Source: Paragordius varius (taxonomy: Eukaryota; Animalia; Nematomorpha). Taken from it: a DNA stretch of 64,000 nt. The stretch covers positions 2,294,001-2,358,000 of the forward strand of contig OZ176059.1 of the NCBI GenBank assembly GCA_964247055.1, written 5' to 3'. The notes under the pieces are model-generated. The model was not told the DNA's origin. It saw nothing but the letters and a program-made list of their open reading frames with translations, and did no database searches. Position 1 is the stretch's first letter, and each line of letters starts with the position of its first letter. The position numbers and the translations under genes were made by a program. Positions 26,900-39,961 of the stretch are shown here, in pieces.

Positions 26900-27800
26900 C
26901 AACCTATATGGTTAATAACCGGCATCACGAATATATTGCCTATGCCGGAATCTATATTTGTAGGTAGAATTGTTTTATATGTTCCTTCGTAACTGACATG
27001 TCATACATGATTTCTTAAATATCTTGGTCTATGACTGGCCAAAAACTATAAGATTTTTTCATTATGTTAGCCCCTGAACATCCGATAAAAAAATAAGGTT
27101 TCACAACGCCAACTCTGGAAAAATGATAGTCCTAATACAGCAATCAGTATTCTTGAACGTTTATTATGCTCAATATTGAATTTAAAATAAAAGCTGTGTC
27201 CCATTCTTATTTATAAAAAGTCGTTTTACGGCCATCGAAAACAACTCATATGTAAGATATATTCTTTAACCATATATATTTATTCATTCCTAGTGAGAAA
27301 AGTAATACGTCCTCCTTGTTTAATCCCCGATTCCCTCACCATCTTCTTCATACGGTAGTCTCAATAACCAATCTTTAAATTTTTCAAACCATTAATATGT
27401 TGTATAATAAAATTGTAATCGGCTTTTCCAAAGATCATTTTTAATAATCTACTATTTTATACTAATAATACAGGCAGGCAACTTGATTAGAGGCTAATGG
27501 TCGGTTATTATTACGAATTTTTTGCCTTACAAACATTTTTTACTTTTGTATTGCATATTAAATTGCACTTTTTGCAATATCTGTGAAAAGTGTTGTTCTG
27601 CCTTCCCACATTTCACACAGAAGCTATCGGCCGTTTTCTATACTCGAAAAACGGTAAAACTGTTTAAATTTTCCATTTGATGCATCTGTCAATACCAATG
27701 GTTTAGGTCGAAAATTATTAAACTGATCACCTTAATAACTAACATTTTAGCTTTTATCAAACATATTGGCATGTTTTTCCGATGCCGATTAAACCATTTC
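26900..27800 (-). pseudogene. Decayed Ty3/gypsy LTR-retrotransposon pol (RNase H-integrase)
   Basis: Stop- and frameshift-ridden motifs in the correct order: PKPLVLTDAS (about 27680-27707), ITDH*PL (about 27490-27510), DYNFIIQHING..DWLLRLP, FWPVIDQDI*E (about 27020-27050). Confidence 0.7.
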
Positions 27801-29869
27801 TCTTACCTGTTTGCGCGCCTTATTCCTCAATTATGGCATGTAGATATCGAAAAATACAAAATTTCTAGGTAAGACTGGATTGTTATTGGTAGACGTTGGT
27901 CATATTGTTTGTAGGTCTAATTCCCTTGAAATAAAATACCTAAAAGAGTAATTAAAGAATTGGCTATTGGAATAATCTTTATTTAGCAAACCCACCTAAG
28001 CCCATATATTTAAAACTTTTTTAAATTATTACTATGCTTTTTACCGTTATTTCACTAACGTTTACATGGTAGAAGTATACCGCCATTCCTATACAATATT
28101 TAATTAAATTACTATATCTGTTGGAGTATAGTTAGTACAATAAATATTTCAAATATATTTTTAAATTGGAAAAGGTCATATGCAAACTAAACCTAAGATA
28201 TTTGATTTGGATTGATATATATTTATCAATAAACACCTTTTGGATTAGGGTGCTAAAAACTTTTCCATGACCAATTTTAAAAACAAACTCATCAAATGTA
28301 ATCGAATGATCGACTGGAACCAATTTTTTCTATCACCACGAATCTATGTTGGGCTGTTTTGTTCGGGTGCCGGGTGCATTTTTGGATAGGAATCCGAGAT
28401 GCGTTTTCGGTGGCTTACATCTGAAAACTTGAAAAAAAGTATTTATAGGCTATTGTAATCGATGCAAAACTTCCAGGCATTTGAGATGGTAATGGAGTTG
28501 GCTTTGGCTAATAAGTAAGCTGATAGTTTGTTTTAGTGAATAGTGTAGGACGGGGTATAATCAAGGGATTAATAAAAGAAATATCAGTCGGTATGTTCAA
28601 AGCATTAATTGGTATTTGGCTGCAACTAAAGAAACTAACACTCACAATAGGCATATGTAGCAAATGATGTCACAATCAGCTTGAATAATTATAATGTTGA
28701 CGCCTGGACACAAGTTAAATCAAATGGTAAATGGGTCAAGATGTTGTATAATTCAAGACGCAAACCTCGTTGATTGACAAAAGCACGAGGTAAGAAATTA
28801 AGTCAGCATTATTACAGGCTGGTTTGATATTGGGTTTAATTAACCGCGTGTGGAAGTCATGAGGCAATGCAGGGTGAGAGTTTTAAGTGGAATAGAATGG
28901 TAAAAGATCCATAATGTTTGCTTACGATGGCAGATTGAGGCAACATTGGGTAAAGTAAATGAATAGTTTTTTTGCTGATATAAATTTTAACATTGTTTTA
29001 ATGGTGGATCTTAAACGGCAAATTATATTTAAGTTGTTTGACTATAAAAGAGATTTGAATAATATTAACAATACTGGACAATCTTAACATACAATATAAT
29101 TGGTTGGCAAAAATTTAGGAGATTTGTTATTGAAAAGACTATCATATAAAGATGCTGACGAGCAAGTTCAGGATTAGATAAGTACGCCCATCAAGTTTCT
29201 GACTTCGATTTACACTATGAGGTACTTTACAACAATATTAAACTTGTCACCAATGCTCTCTACCATCCACTGAAAAACTATATGCCGACAGACTAAATTA
29301 AAGGATCATTTGATTTATCTTAAACAAATTTTTAAAATATATCTAATTGGCCACGAACTAGAAAAGATTTATTGTTATAATGTGTAAAACTATTTTACAG
29401 TCTTTTATGTTTGTAATTTAATAAAATATTTATAAATGATTTCTCAGATGCGGCCCACGAGTGGTTGTTAAATATGCGGCCCATTAGCCCAATTCTGTTG
29501 GACATTCCTGGTCTAGTGTAATAATTATAAAAATTATATAATACTTGTAAATTTAACCCAAAATTATAAATATATACAATAATTTATTTTAAATCGATGG
29601 TTGTTAAATTAACCTGTTATTATTGTAAACAATTTCTATTGTATTTACCAATATATCCTATAAATATATCACTAAAACGTGATAATAATTGGATGTTAAA
29701 TATGATATCTCTCGAAACGTTTCAAACTCTCATAATAAATTTGTTTTAGCTAAAATATTTCCAATAGGTTATTGTACCTTTTTTTGTTATCAAAAACTTT
29801 AAAAATAACCCTCTTACAATCAATAATGTATCATTCAATTATCTGATGTTAATTTGGAGAAGGGATGGT

Positions 29870-29877
29870 TATATAAA
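29870..29877 (+). promoter_or_regulatory. TATA box of the 156-aa orphan gene
   Basis: TATATAAA about 115 nt upstream of ATG 29993, preceded by a G-rich stretch. Weak evidence in AT-rich DNA. Confidence 0.35.
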
Positions 29878-29992
29878 CACGCATTCAATCAAAAATTATT
29901 TGATTTAATAAATATTATAATTGTGTTATTTTTTGTTTCAATTTCAATCGTTTTAAGCTCACCGAATTTAAAATACACCAACATCTATTAAT

Positions 29993-30463
29993 ATGAACAA
30001 ATTTAAAATGTTATTAAGTTTTTTAATCCTTTACTTCCCAATTATTATGGGTTATATAATATCAACACCAATTATAAACCCTGAAAATAACACAGCCACC
30101 ATTTTGGAATCAATAAAATTGTTTAAAGATCAAATTAGCTTCAAAGTGTGTCATGAACATAGATACAAGTCAAGTAATTACCCCTTGGCCCCCTTCAAAT
30201 TTCCAAATGTTACGCATTTAACCGTAAAAAGAAATAACTCCGCTAGAAACTCCAACGTTCCAAACAGAGCCCCTTTCTATACTAAAATAATAGTAGAGAG
30301 ATATGAAGAGTTGAAAACAACAGCCTTATCATATATTAGAAGCGTATTTGGTAGTGAAAATATGAGACATTTTTACCAAGATTTACAGAATAAATCATAT
30401 CCAGAAGGAATGAAAACTCAATCCCTTTACCTTGCCACATTGCGAATCCCTGTTGATTGGTAA
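29993..30463 (+). CDS. Intronless orphan predicted secreted glycoprotein (156 aa)
   Basis: Longest non-repeat ORF in the window. Hydrophobic N-terminus (MNKFKMLLSFLILYFPIIMG), four N-x-S/T sequons, TATATAAA at 29870-29877 and AATAAA at 30493-30498. No family recognised. Confidence 0.7.
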   Translation: MNKFKMLLSFLILYFPIIMGYIISTPIINPENNTATILESIKLFKDQISFKVCHEHRYKSSNYPLAPFKFPNVTHLTVKRNNSARNSNVPNRAPFYTKIIVERYEELKTTALSYIRSVFGSENMRHFYQDLQNKSYPEGMKTQSLYLATLRIPVDW

Positions 30464-31332
30464 AAACAAATTTGATTTTAGATTTAATTGTTAATAAAGC
30501 GTATATAAATTAGGTAGAGGTTCTTGAACAGGGCCACTCAAACTGTTTTAAACAAAAATCATTATGTGATACCTGAGTTCAGGCATCAAGTAAATTTTAT
30601 TAACTGCGTAAAGAGGACAACCGCATGGTTTTTGGAATGAGTGAAACTAATCTATCAAAAATTTATTTTTTTTGTTAAATGGGTATAAATATTTGGTAAC
30701 GAATGGAAAAAACAAGAGCTTTATGGTATTAACATTATTTTATTCATTAAAAAGTATAAGAATTACCATGCTCTCGTTTTTTCTATACATAATTAACAAA
30801 AAAATATAAAATTTTAATAAAATAAAGGATATATGACTGTAATAGGGCTATCTGTCAATACTAAATAAAAATTTGGCATTATATTTTTACTTATACTGTA
30901 ATAAGTATAAAATTTAATATACACATATATATATATATATAGCCAAACTCCATATTCGTATGATGTAATCAATTCACCCAATAAAACAATTGTGTGTTCA
31001 GAAAAGTAAATATTTTATAATATCTATAAAATATGCAATAATCTGCCAAATAAATTATTTAATTTTGTAACGTTACTATTTGTCTACTTTTATTTAGATA
31101 TTTTAATAAATCTAAGCAGGCTGTTGTAAAATAATTGAACACTTATGATTACAAATCATGTTTGCATGTCATTCGTTACAAATTGGGGTAGTTTCCGACT
31201 CCAGACCTGAAAATAAAATATTTATAAAAATTTGGAATATATTGAAGCTTTTTTAAAAATTGCACTTATATAACATTGGTGCACCAAAAATAGGAAAATA
31301 ATTTAAAAAGATGATTGTATTTCTATTATGGA

Positions 31333-31529
31333 AGGTGTGATGGTATAGTAGGTAGGGCGACGGACTCTAACTCTGCGTGCCAGAGTTCGAACCCCGAAAC
31401 TACGCATTTTTTCCATCATCACTGTCAGCCCTGGGCAGGCGAGTGTTAAAGCCTTCACATGTCCGGATACAATTTAAGTCCTTACCCTTTAATAAAAAAG
31501 GAAAAAAGAGACTCTAAACTGTAATATAT
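31333..31529 (+). mobile_element. tRNA-derived SINE with 19-bp target-site duplication
   Basis: A-box-like TGGTATAGTAGG, B-box-like GAGTTCGAACC, A-rich tail. ATTGTATTTCTATTATGGA at 31314-31332 and 31530-31548. Confidence 0.8.
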
Positions 31530-32501
31530 ATTGTATTTCTATTATGGATTCGAAAATTCAGGCAACATTAAAAAGCTAATGTTTTATTAGTATAAACAAT
31601 TGAATTTGGCCTTAGAATCTTACAGAACAAAAGTTTTTTTAAAAAATGGCAATGAAATAGTTTGATGTGCATTTTTCATTAAACTTTGGCTATTTTAAAA
31701 ATAATGAAACTATCTATTTTGGAATGAGGAATATGGGGCATTGCACTAAAAGCGATTACAAATTTTCATATTTTATGTACTAAATTAATTCTCTTTTGGC
31801 AAATAGTAATTATGCATATATTTTATTTAGTAATGTGGTCAATTTGACAAACCTCTTCGTTTTATACCATAACTGCCATAGTACAGCGATCGTGATTGCC
31901 GTTAACCCAAAAACTGCCAATTCATCCAATACTAATTAAATGGTGTAATCAAATGAGCTGAGAACATTTTAATATTCTATTAATGCTTTTTTATGTATCT
32001 TACTTTTTCATTGTATGACTTTTAATCTTATATTTTAATCAAATAAATAATCCTAAATGACAAATATATCAATGTTTTATTTTTTATCATTTTGAAATAT
32101 AATTTTAAATCAATATAAATTAATTGATTTATTACCTTCCCGAAATAAAATAATGATATATTTATCATAGGTTAATTAAACATTTCAGGGCGAAATTTAG
32201 CCTTAACTCCTAATTATATTTGTTTGGAATAACTAAACTTTTATATATGACACAAGATAATAGAGATATGTTTTGCGTAGCTAAATGTTCTTATTTTTAA
32301 ATATAAAAAAATGTGTTAAATTTGCCATCCTTGTTTGTAGGCTTAAAATGTTTTAGTAAGAAGCACTTTTTTGGCATAAGATTTTAACGCCACATAAGGG
32401 ATAAACACAAAAAGATGCGCTAATCAAATGATTAATAGTATTTTGCATATAGCATTTAAACATATAGTAGAACGCTCATTTTTAAACATTTTATATATAT
32501 G

Positions 32502-33980
32502 CACAGTGTCCACAAAAATAAAAATCATGATGGAATATATATATTCTAATAGAAAAATTTATAAGGATTATCGAGGTGCTTTTGATTTTGGCCTTTACGG
32601 GTGATATAAGAATTTACACTTTTATTGTAAGTACTCCATATCAGAAAATTACACAATTCCATATTTTTAAAAATTTAGGTATATTGATTCCAAAAAATAT
32701 CACAAAAATATATAATAAATTACATATAAAAAGGAAAACAATATTTATAATAATTTAATTTTTATATGTGGGTTCCCAAAGTCCCAAATTTTTTCGCTCT
32801 TTTAAAATGGGCTGGTTGTCTTAAAATGAACGCAAAAATACCGTTGCGCGATGTAAATTTTAATTTTATGCTAAAATTTGAAATTAACTAAAAGTATTTC
32901 AGAAAATTTTACAGCGTGCTTCCTACTATTTTGATGCATGAAGGAAAAGGTATTAAAGATTTTATAAAAACACTTTTTCTAAATAATTTGATAATGCTGA
33001 ATATTTCTATTATCTCAGAATTTCGAAGTTCGTCTTAAATTATGTTGCATGAAAAAAGTGTTATTTTATAATTTATCGAATTTTAAAAGCAGACGAACGA
33101 TAAATTATAAATTCTGAAGATCTAAGCGTTTTAATACCAATTCCATCGAGAAAATAACAAATTAGCTTAAAATTTTGATAAAAATTAAATTTTGAAAATT
33201 GTTAGTTGATATTAAAATTTAACATATAAATGCAATTATTATCGCTCAATGGCATTTTTGCGTTCATTTACGAGAACCGGGCAAAATTTGAAATTAACTA
33301 AAAGTATTTCAGAAAATTTTACAGCGTGCTTCCTACTATTTTGATGCATGAAGGAAAAGGTATTAAAGATTTTATAAACACACTTTTTCTAAATAATTCG
33401 ATAATGCCGAAAATTTCTATTATCTCAGAATTTCGAAGTTCGTCTTAAATTATGTTGCATGAAAAAAGTGTTATTTTATAATTTATCGAATTTTAAAAGC
33501 AGACGAACGATAAATTATAAATTCTGAAGATCTAAGTGTTTTATTACCAATTCCATCGAGAAAATAACAAATTAGCTTAAAATTTTGATAAAAATTAAAT
33601 TTTGAAAATTGTTAGTTGATATTAAAATTTAACATATAAATGCAATTATTATCGCTCAATGGCATTTTTGCGTTCATTTACGAGAACCGGCCCATAGAAG
33701 ATTGAAAAAATTGGGACTTTCGCTTACATTTAAAAATTATATTTTCTAAAAAAAATTCTTTTGCTTTTTTATGTATATTACGATATAGTTTAATATTTTT
33801 GGAATGAAACATTTAGCATTCACGAAAAAATTAATTTAATGCGCAAATTTTTCCATTTTGATACAGCGCAATCACCACAATGTTTATATAACTTTCTTAT
33901 TTCACTCGTAAGGACCAAAACCAAAAGCATCATCGGGATATCTTATATACCCTCGTTTTTGACGCAGTCTATATATATAT
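32502..33980. mobile_element. Foldback-like element with an internal 410-bp tandem duplication; related sequence at about 24700-25380 and 57400-57800
   Basis: About 32530-32870 is inverted at about 33640-33980. 32873-33280 is directly repeated at 33283-33690. Confidence 0.65.
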
Positions 33981-35988
33981 ATGAAATATAAAACCCAATA
34001 ACTTCATTTTTTGGATAAAACACGTTTTAAAAAATGCTTAAAATTTCAACATAGTTTAAATCATCCTGATGCAGAAATATATGTCTAATGTATATAATAA
34101 AATTTTGTAAATATTTTCAATAGTGTTCTTTTGTTTTGGTTATTGCAAACCAAAATTCAGCTTAATATTGAATATTATTTGAGTAATATTTATATTAATA
34201 TCTTTTTATAATGTTTTTTATAGTGATGTCCCATCAGTTTTTAAAATCAATGTTTGTAAAAAGAATGGTTATCTTTTGAAAAAAAAATTGCCTTTATGTT
34301 TTTACGTTTTGTTAGTATAATATCAATTTTTACCGTAAATTTATTTGTATGAAAACACTTTTTCTGGATTTTCTTTATAATTTATTGTTTAAATATTATA
34401 AAAATTGATCATATGATAACATTTTTTCTCGTATCCAATTGAAATGGAATCAACATTGACAATTTTCCTAGTATCAACTTGAAAACTATAGAACTACAGG
34501 CATAAATAATTTTTAATCTATAAATCATAAATATTCATCTTACATAATGCATTTTAATTGTTGCTTATTTACCAAAGTTGGGCATTTGCAATACAGTAAT
34601 CTATGAAAAAACAACCAAAATGTTGAATAATCAATTTCTTGCTTTCTTATATTATTTTGTTTATTTTATTCAATATTTTGTTGTTTTTTCATAAGGTACT
34701 GTGTTGCGAATTCCCCAACTATAGTATGAAATAAGTAACAATAAGATGCATATTGTATTTAATGGAGTATCTGATAAAAGACCTTACACCAGTGGTTGAC
34801 AACCTTTTTTTTCTTCACACAACACCAAAAAAAATTCTTGAATCACCTCTCGAAAAATGCAAGATGAAAATGTAAAATATAATTTAATATTATAAAAATC
34901 ATAATCAATGAGATCCTTATATCTGCATTTTTTGAAATATTTTTTCCATTATGGTAACAAATCTTGATAATTCACATCTGAAATCTTTCAATTTGTTTCT
35001 ATTTTATTTTTTAATTAAATATTAAAAAAAATTCGCCCCCCCCCTTAAATTTTTCTACGCCCACTGCCATAAACATATATTGGAGCCTTATAGTTTAAGA
35101 AAAAGGGAAAATACGATAAATTTTTCCAGTTTATTTTATTATATTTAAAGTAATTTCTTTAATATAAAATTATAAACTATAGGGCTCATAATCAATTACC
35201 CATGAAGGAAAAAAAATAGGCCCCCTATATATCAGTTGTACCCAAACCGCGGCCCATAAACTAATTTTTCCACAGATTTTGCAAAATTATTAAAATTTTA
35301 TCATGTAAGGTTACATTAGCGGTACATGCGGCTCACATCACAATATTATTTTAAATTTTAGTGTTATGCACATGTAATTTTTCAAATAAATTATGTTAGA
35401 TCTACAATTATAAATATTTTGGTTTATAAATATTATTTGAATAAAAAGGTTGTAAGAAAATTATTAAATGAAAAGTCAGGACTCAAATTAAAACGGGTTC
35501 TTACACCATTATTGTATTAAGGAACCAACCTGGTTCGAAGCTCAGATTTATACTAACATAAAACACATATCAAAATGAAAAGAAAAGTAGACATAGAGGT
35601 AATTGTACTCAAAATGCACACAATTAGTCGAGAGATTAATTTTAATTAAATATGAACAATTTAAACACCAACATATTATACATATATATTTTTGAAATTT
35701 TATTACACCTAATTATAAAATATGAAAGAAATGATTTATGATAATATACGACATTAATTAGGATACTGTATAAAATATGATATATATTATGTAGAATGGG
35801 GACAAATCTAATTTTAGCTGTCTCAAATATCAATTATATATGCATAAAAACGTCTAAAATTATAATGAGACGAAGCATTTTGAAAGTGTGAACTGTTAAA
35901 TACCAAAAAATGTCTGCCTATATATATAAATGCAATTATGGTTTTGTTCTACAATTTTTTTATTTTTGTTTAAGATAATTTATACAAT

Positions 35989-36987
35989 ATGATGAAAAAC
36001 ATTTTTTGGATTATATTAGTTATATTATTGGGCCAAATTATGCATTGCCCGGCTATGACCATTAAAGAACTATCAAGTAAGTTTTTTTATTATTTTGCCA
36101 TCCCTCATGCCCAAAAAAATCTAATTGCATGGAAAGTTGTAACAACACATTCATTTTAGTCCTTCGATTCAAATTGGGGTAGTTAAATACCACAGGCCTG
36201 TTCAAAATTTTATTCTTTTAAAAAATATGGAAGGAGTCGAAACCCTAGCAAAATTTTGCACTTATATAACATTAATAAACCGAAATATAGAAAAAATTTC
36301 ATTCAAAAATAATTGATATTCCTTATTTTGGGCTAAAACCGAAAGGTAAAAATTTAGTCAACGAGACATGCGTGCAATGGTTAAAATGAAAAATAATACA
36401 AAATAAACCGCTTTTTCTATTTCTATCAATGTTAGATGTAATTTAAATAAAAAATAAGCTTTAATTTTACCTTTAAAACTAAATTAAGACGATATTTTGC
36501 AAATGTAAAATAAAAATGGCGTCGAAGTAGTTGGACATGAACCTTTTTGTTTCAATATTTTGGTAAATTTTATAATTTTTATCAGGATGCAAGCATAAAT
36601 TTAAATTTATACCGTTTCCTTCAGTAGTTTTTTGAAAACCCCAACTCAAATTTAGTCTGGGGTATTTAGATAGCCCAATTTGAATCGATGTCTTAAACAT
36701 TCTTTACTTAGCCTCACCAAATTTTCGCATCATGTGAGTTAAACATATTATTTCAAAAAAAAAATTTACTTTTTTCGATTTAAATAAAAACAATTTTTTT
36801 TATCAAAACTTTAGAGTTTGAAACGGATGAAGTACGTAGATGTTGGCAGGATGTTGAGAATCCTGACCCGTCTAGTTATGTAAGCTGTTTCCCCCAAAAT
36901 ATTCAAGATGAATACAATAAGGCTCAAAAAATAATTTTAGATCAACAACGGAAACATTACTTAACTACAGAAGATGATATACCTTAG
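35989..36987 (+). CDS. Two-exon orphan small predicted secreted protein (86 aa)
   Basis: Exon 1 35989-36076 (MMKNIFWIILVILLGQIMHCPAMTIKELS, donor A|GTAAGT) and exon 2 36815-36987 (ctttag|AG; FETDEVRRCWQDVENPDPSSYVSCFPQNIQDEYNKAQKIILDQQRKHYLTTEDDIP*). Phases match. TATA-like element near 35919-35930. Missed by the ORF track. Confidence 0.7.
36140..36695. mobile_element. Diverged inverted family G copy filling most of the intron of the 86-aa gene
   Basis: Reverse-complement similarity to 2954-3529; termini are degenerate. Confidence 0.75.
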
Positions 36988-37897
36988 CATTGCAATATTT
37001 GAAAAAGCTCAATATATACAGTAACGAGATAGCTATTATTATTATAAGCCATTTCGGTATTTTAAATGGTTGAAAGGCTATTTAAATTACATGACGGTTG
37101 TTGCATGTATAAAATTTTTATATTGTTTAATTACAGATTTATTTGAACAGTGTGTTTTTTTCCAAAGGAAATATTACTTTCATAAACGTAAATTATAACA
37201 TTCTGTTAGCCATTTAGAATACTAGAATGGCTTCTAATAATAGCCCTCGTTACTATATATATATATATATCATAATATATCGTAAAACCATGTCATATCA
37301 TTTGTTACAATACATGGATTACTTTTTGGTTATTTTATACAAAGAGTATTAATAACCAATTTTATATAATTAAACATACGAATACGGCTTAATTGAATTC
37401 ATAGCAAATTTATTTAGCCATTTAATAAATACTATTATTATTATTTATGTGAGTTCATTTACTATTTAATGTAAATTCTTGATGTATCTAAAACACTTTA
37501 TTTCTTCCACAGTTCAAATTTACCCTACACATTTAAAACAGCCTAATTAAATATATTTAAGGTATAATCGACGCAATTTATTATTTAGTTATAATTATTT
37601 ATAATAAATTATATATATATATATAAATAAAATAAAAAAACATAATTATATAAATAAAAAAATGCAAATCAATCATTAAAATATATTTTTAGTATTTGTT
37701 AATAAAATAAATAATTTCATAATTAGCTGATTAAAGTCAAATAAAAAATAAGATTTTTAGGTTTTTTTTCCTTTCCGTTAAAATCAACGATATATGGTTT
37801 TAATAATTGAAAATTGGCCAATATTAGCGAACATGCTAAAAAAATTGCACCAAATAGTTGATAGCATTTTTGGGTAAATTTTAAACTTGATGTAAAA

Positions 37898-39961
37898 CAC
37901 AGTGCGCACAAAAAAATAAACAAACATGATTTTTATCTAGAATAATAGGAAATCCCTTGGAAAAGAAGACCCCAAAAATTTTGGGGCAAAAATGCGCCCC
38001 AAAATGGAAATATTCCATTTTTTTCATTTTTGACTAGAAATAGACTTTCGTCCATATTTTTAAAACTTATTGAGCAAACATGATAAAACTTCTATATATT
38101 ATATAAAACCTAATATATTCTTAAGAAAAATACATAAAATTATTTTAAAGTATCAATAATTTTTTTTATTCCACAAAAATAGAAATTCGAAATTTATGAC
38201 ATTATCGAAATATATTATAAAAAAATTATTTGTAAGAACTCCATATTGTTTTTATTATTTAAGTTTATGACTTATTTATAACATACCAAAGAGTTGGTAT
38301 ATATAATAAAGGCTATGTATCTTTTTAAGTCCCTCCAAAAATTGTATTTTTTGAAAAATTTTCGCAATTTTTGTTGCATTTTCCTCACATGCTTCTCACT
38401 GTTTCATAAATACAGTATCAGTATCAGTAATCCGCAATTTCAAATGCGAATACTGAAAAAACCAATAAAACTTCAAGATTATGAAATTCCCATTACATTA
38501 CTTTGGATAAAAGTTTATATATTTAATTTATAGATAATAAATTTAATTAAAGACCTCTTGATATACAGAAAGCAGCATCGGAAATATAAATAGCTTTTTT
38601 TGCTATATACACTATATTTAGCTTTTTAAGTAAAATTCTATTTGTATTCACGTATATTTTCTTCATATAATTTTTGTTACAAAATAGAATTTTCCTTGCA
38701 CCAAAATTATTCTGACATTCGTAAATAATCTATTTCCAGAAACTCTATTGCCAAATTATAAATCTAACAATTATTACAATTATATATATTGAAAAACTGA
38801 TAATAGATGGATTTATTTTTATTCGATAGAATTTTTAGCATTCTTTTAAAATAAGAATATTTAATTAGGTTTCCACAAAATTTTACAATAAGTGTTCCGT
38901 TATCAAGATATTGTCAAAAACAAACTTCGTTTGCAAAAATTGCTCCTGCAACATCTCTTCAAATCTAACCCAACAACAACACTTAAATACATATAAGAAT
39001 TTAAATTTATTTATATATAATGAATATATTAGTCAGACTTAAAGTGAGTCCAATAGTATTCACCAACTATTGGAACTGGTATAGTTTTTTCAATATGTTT
39101 GAGCGTTTGATGGAACCGTTCTCCATCCTGGTCTGTAGCCCTCCACCGGAATTAGTATAAATATCTTGCTGTGGGCTCATATTTTCTTGTAATGAACTAA
39201 TTTCCCAGCAAAATATATGTTGTAATAGGTAGTTATTTATTCAGTTATTTTAATCAAATTTGTAGAGCGATGATACCTTCCACATATATAGCAGAAAAGG
39301 TCTTTATTCAATTTGCAATTGAATTTATTAACTATGTTATTAAATAATATATATATATACTTTTATCCAAAGTAAAGGGAATTTCATAATCTTGAAGTTT
39401 TATTGGTTTTTTCAGTATTCGCATTTGAAAATTGCGGATTACTGATACTGTATTTATGAAACAGTGAGAAGCATGTGAGAAAAATGCAACAAAAATCGCA
39501 AAATTTTTTCGAGGGACTTAAAAGGATACATAGCCTTTATTATATTTACCAACTCTTTGGTATGTTATATATAAGTCATAAAATTCAAATAATAATAACA
39601 ATATGGAGTTCTTACAAATAATTTTTTTATAATATATTTTAACAATGTCATAAAATTTGCGAATTTCTATTTTTGTGGAATAAAAAAAATTTTTAATACT
39701 TTAAAATAATTTTATGTAATTTCCTTTAGAATATATTAGGTTTTATAAAATATATAAACGATTTATCATGTTTGCTCAATAAGTTTTAAAAATATGGACA
39801 AAAGTTTATTTCTAGTCAAAAATAAAAAAATGGAATATTTCCATTTTGGGGCGCATTTTTGCCCCAAAATTTTTGGGGTATCCTTTTCCAAGGGATTTCT
39901 TATTATTCTAGATAAAAATCATGTTTGTTTATTTTTTTACCCCCCTTTTTTGCGCACAGTG
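37898..39961. mobile_element. 2.06-kb foldback DNA transposon with about 610-bp TIRs, Chapaev3/CMC-like
   Basis: Ends CACAGTGCGCA...TGCGCACAGTG, AAA on both flanks. Arms 37898-38512 and 39359-39961. The minus-strand spacer encodes DQDGERFHQTLKHIEK..GEYYW (about 39030-39140). Confidence 0.8.

Noticed and set aside
30942-31135. Possible small plus-strand exons (QTPYSYDVINSPNKTIVCSEK / YFNKSKQAVVK)
   Set aside because: No start exon or homology; splice-like sites are abundant in AT-rich DNA.
31334-31405. Functional tRNA gene
   Set aside because: Stems do not close by eye, and the sequence continues into a SINE body with an A-rich tail and a TSD.
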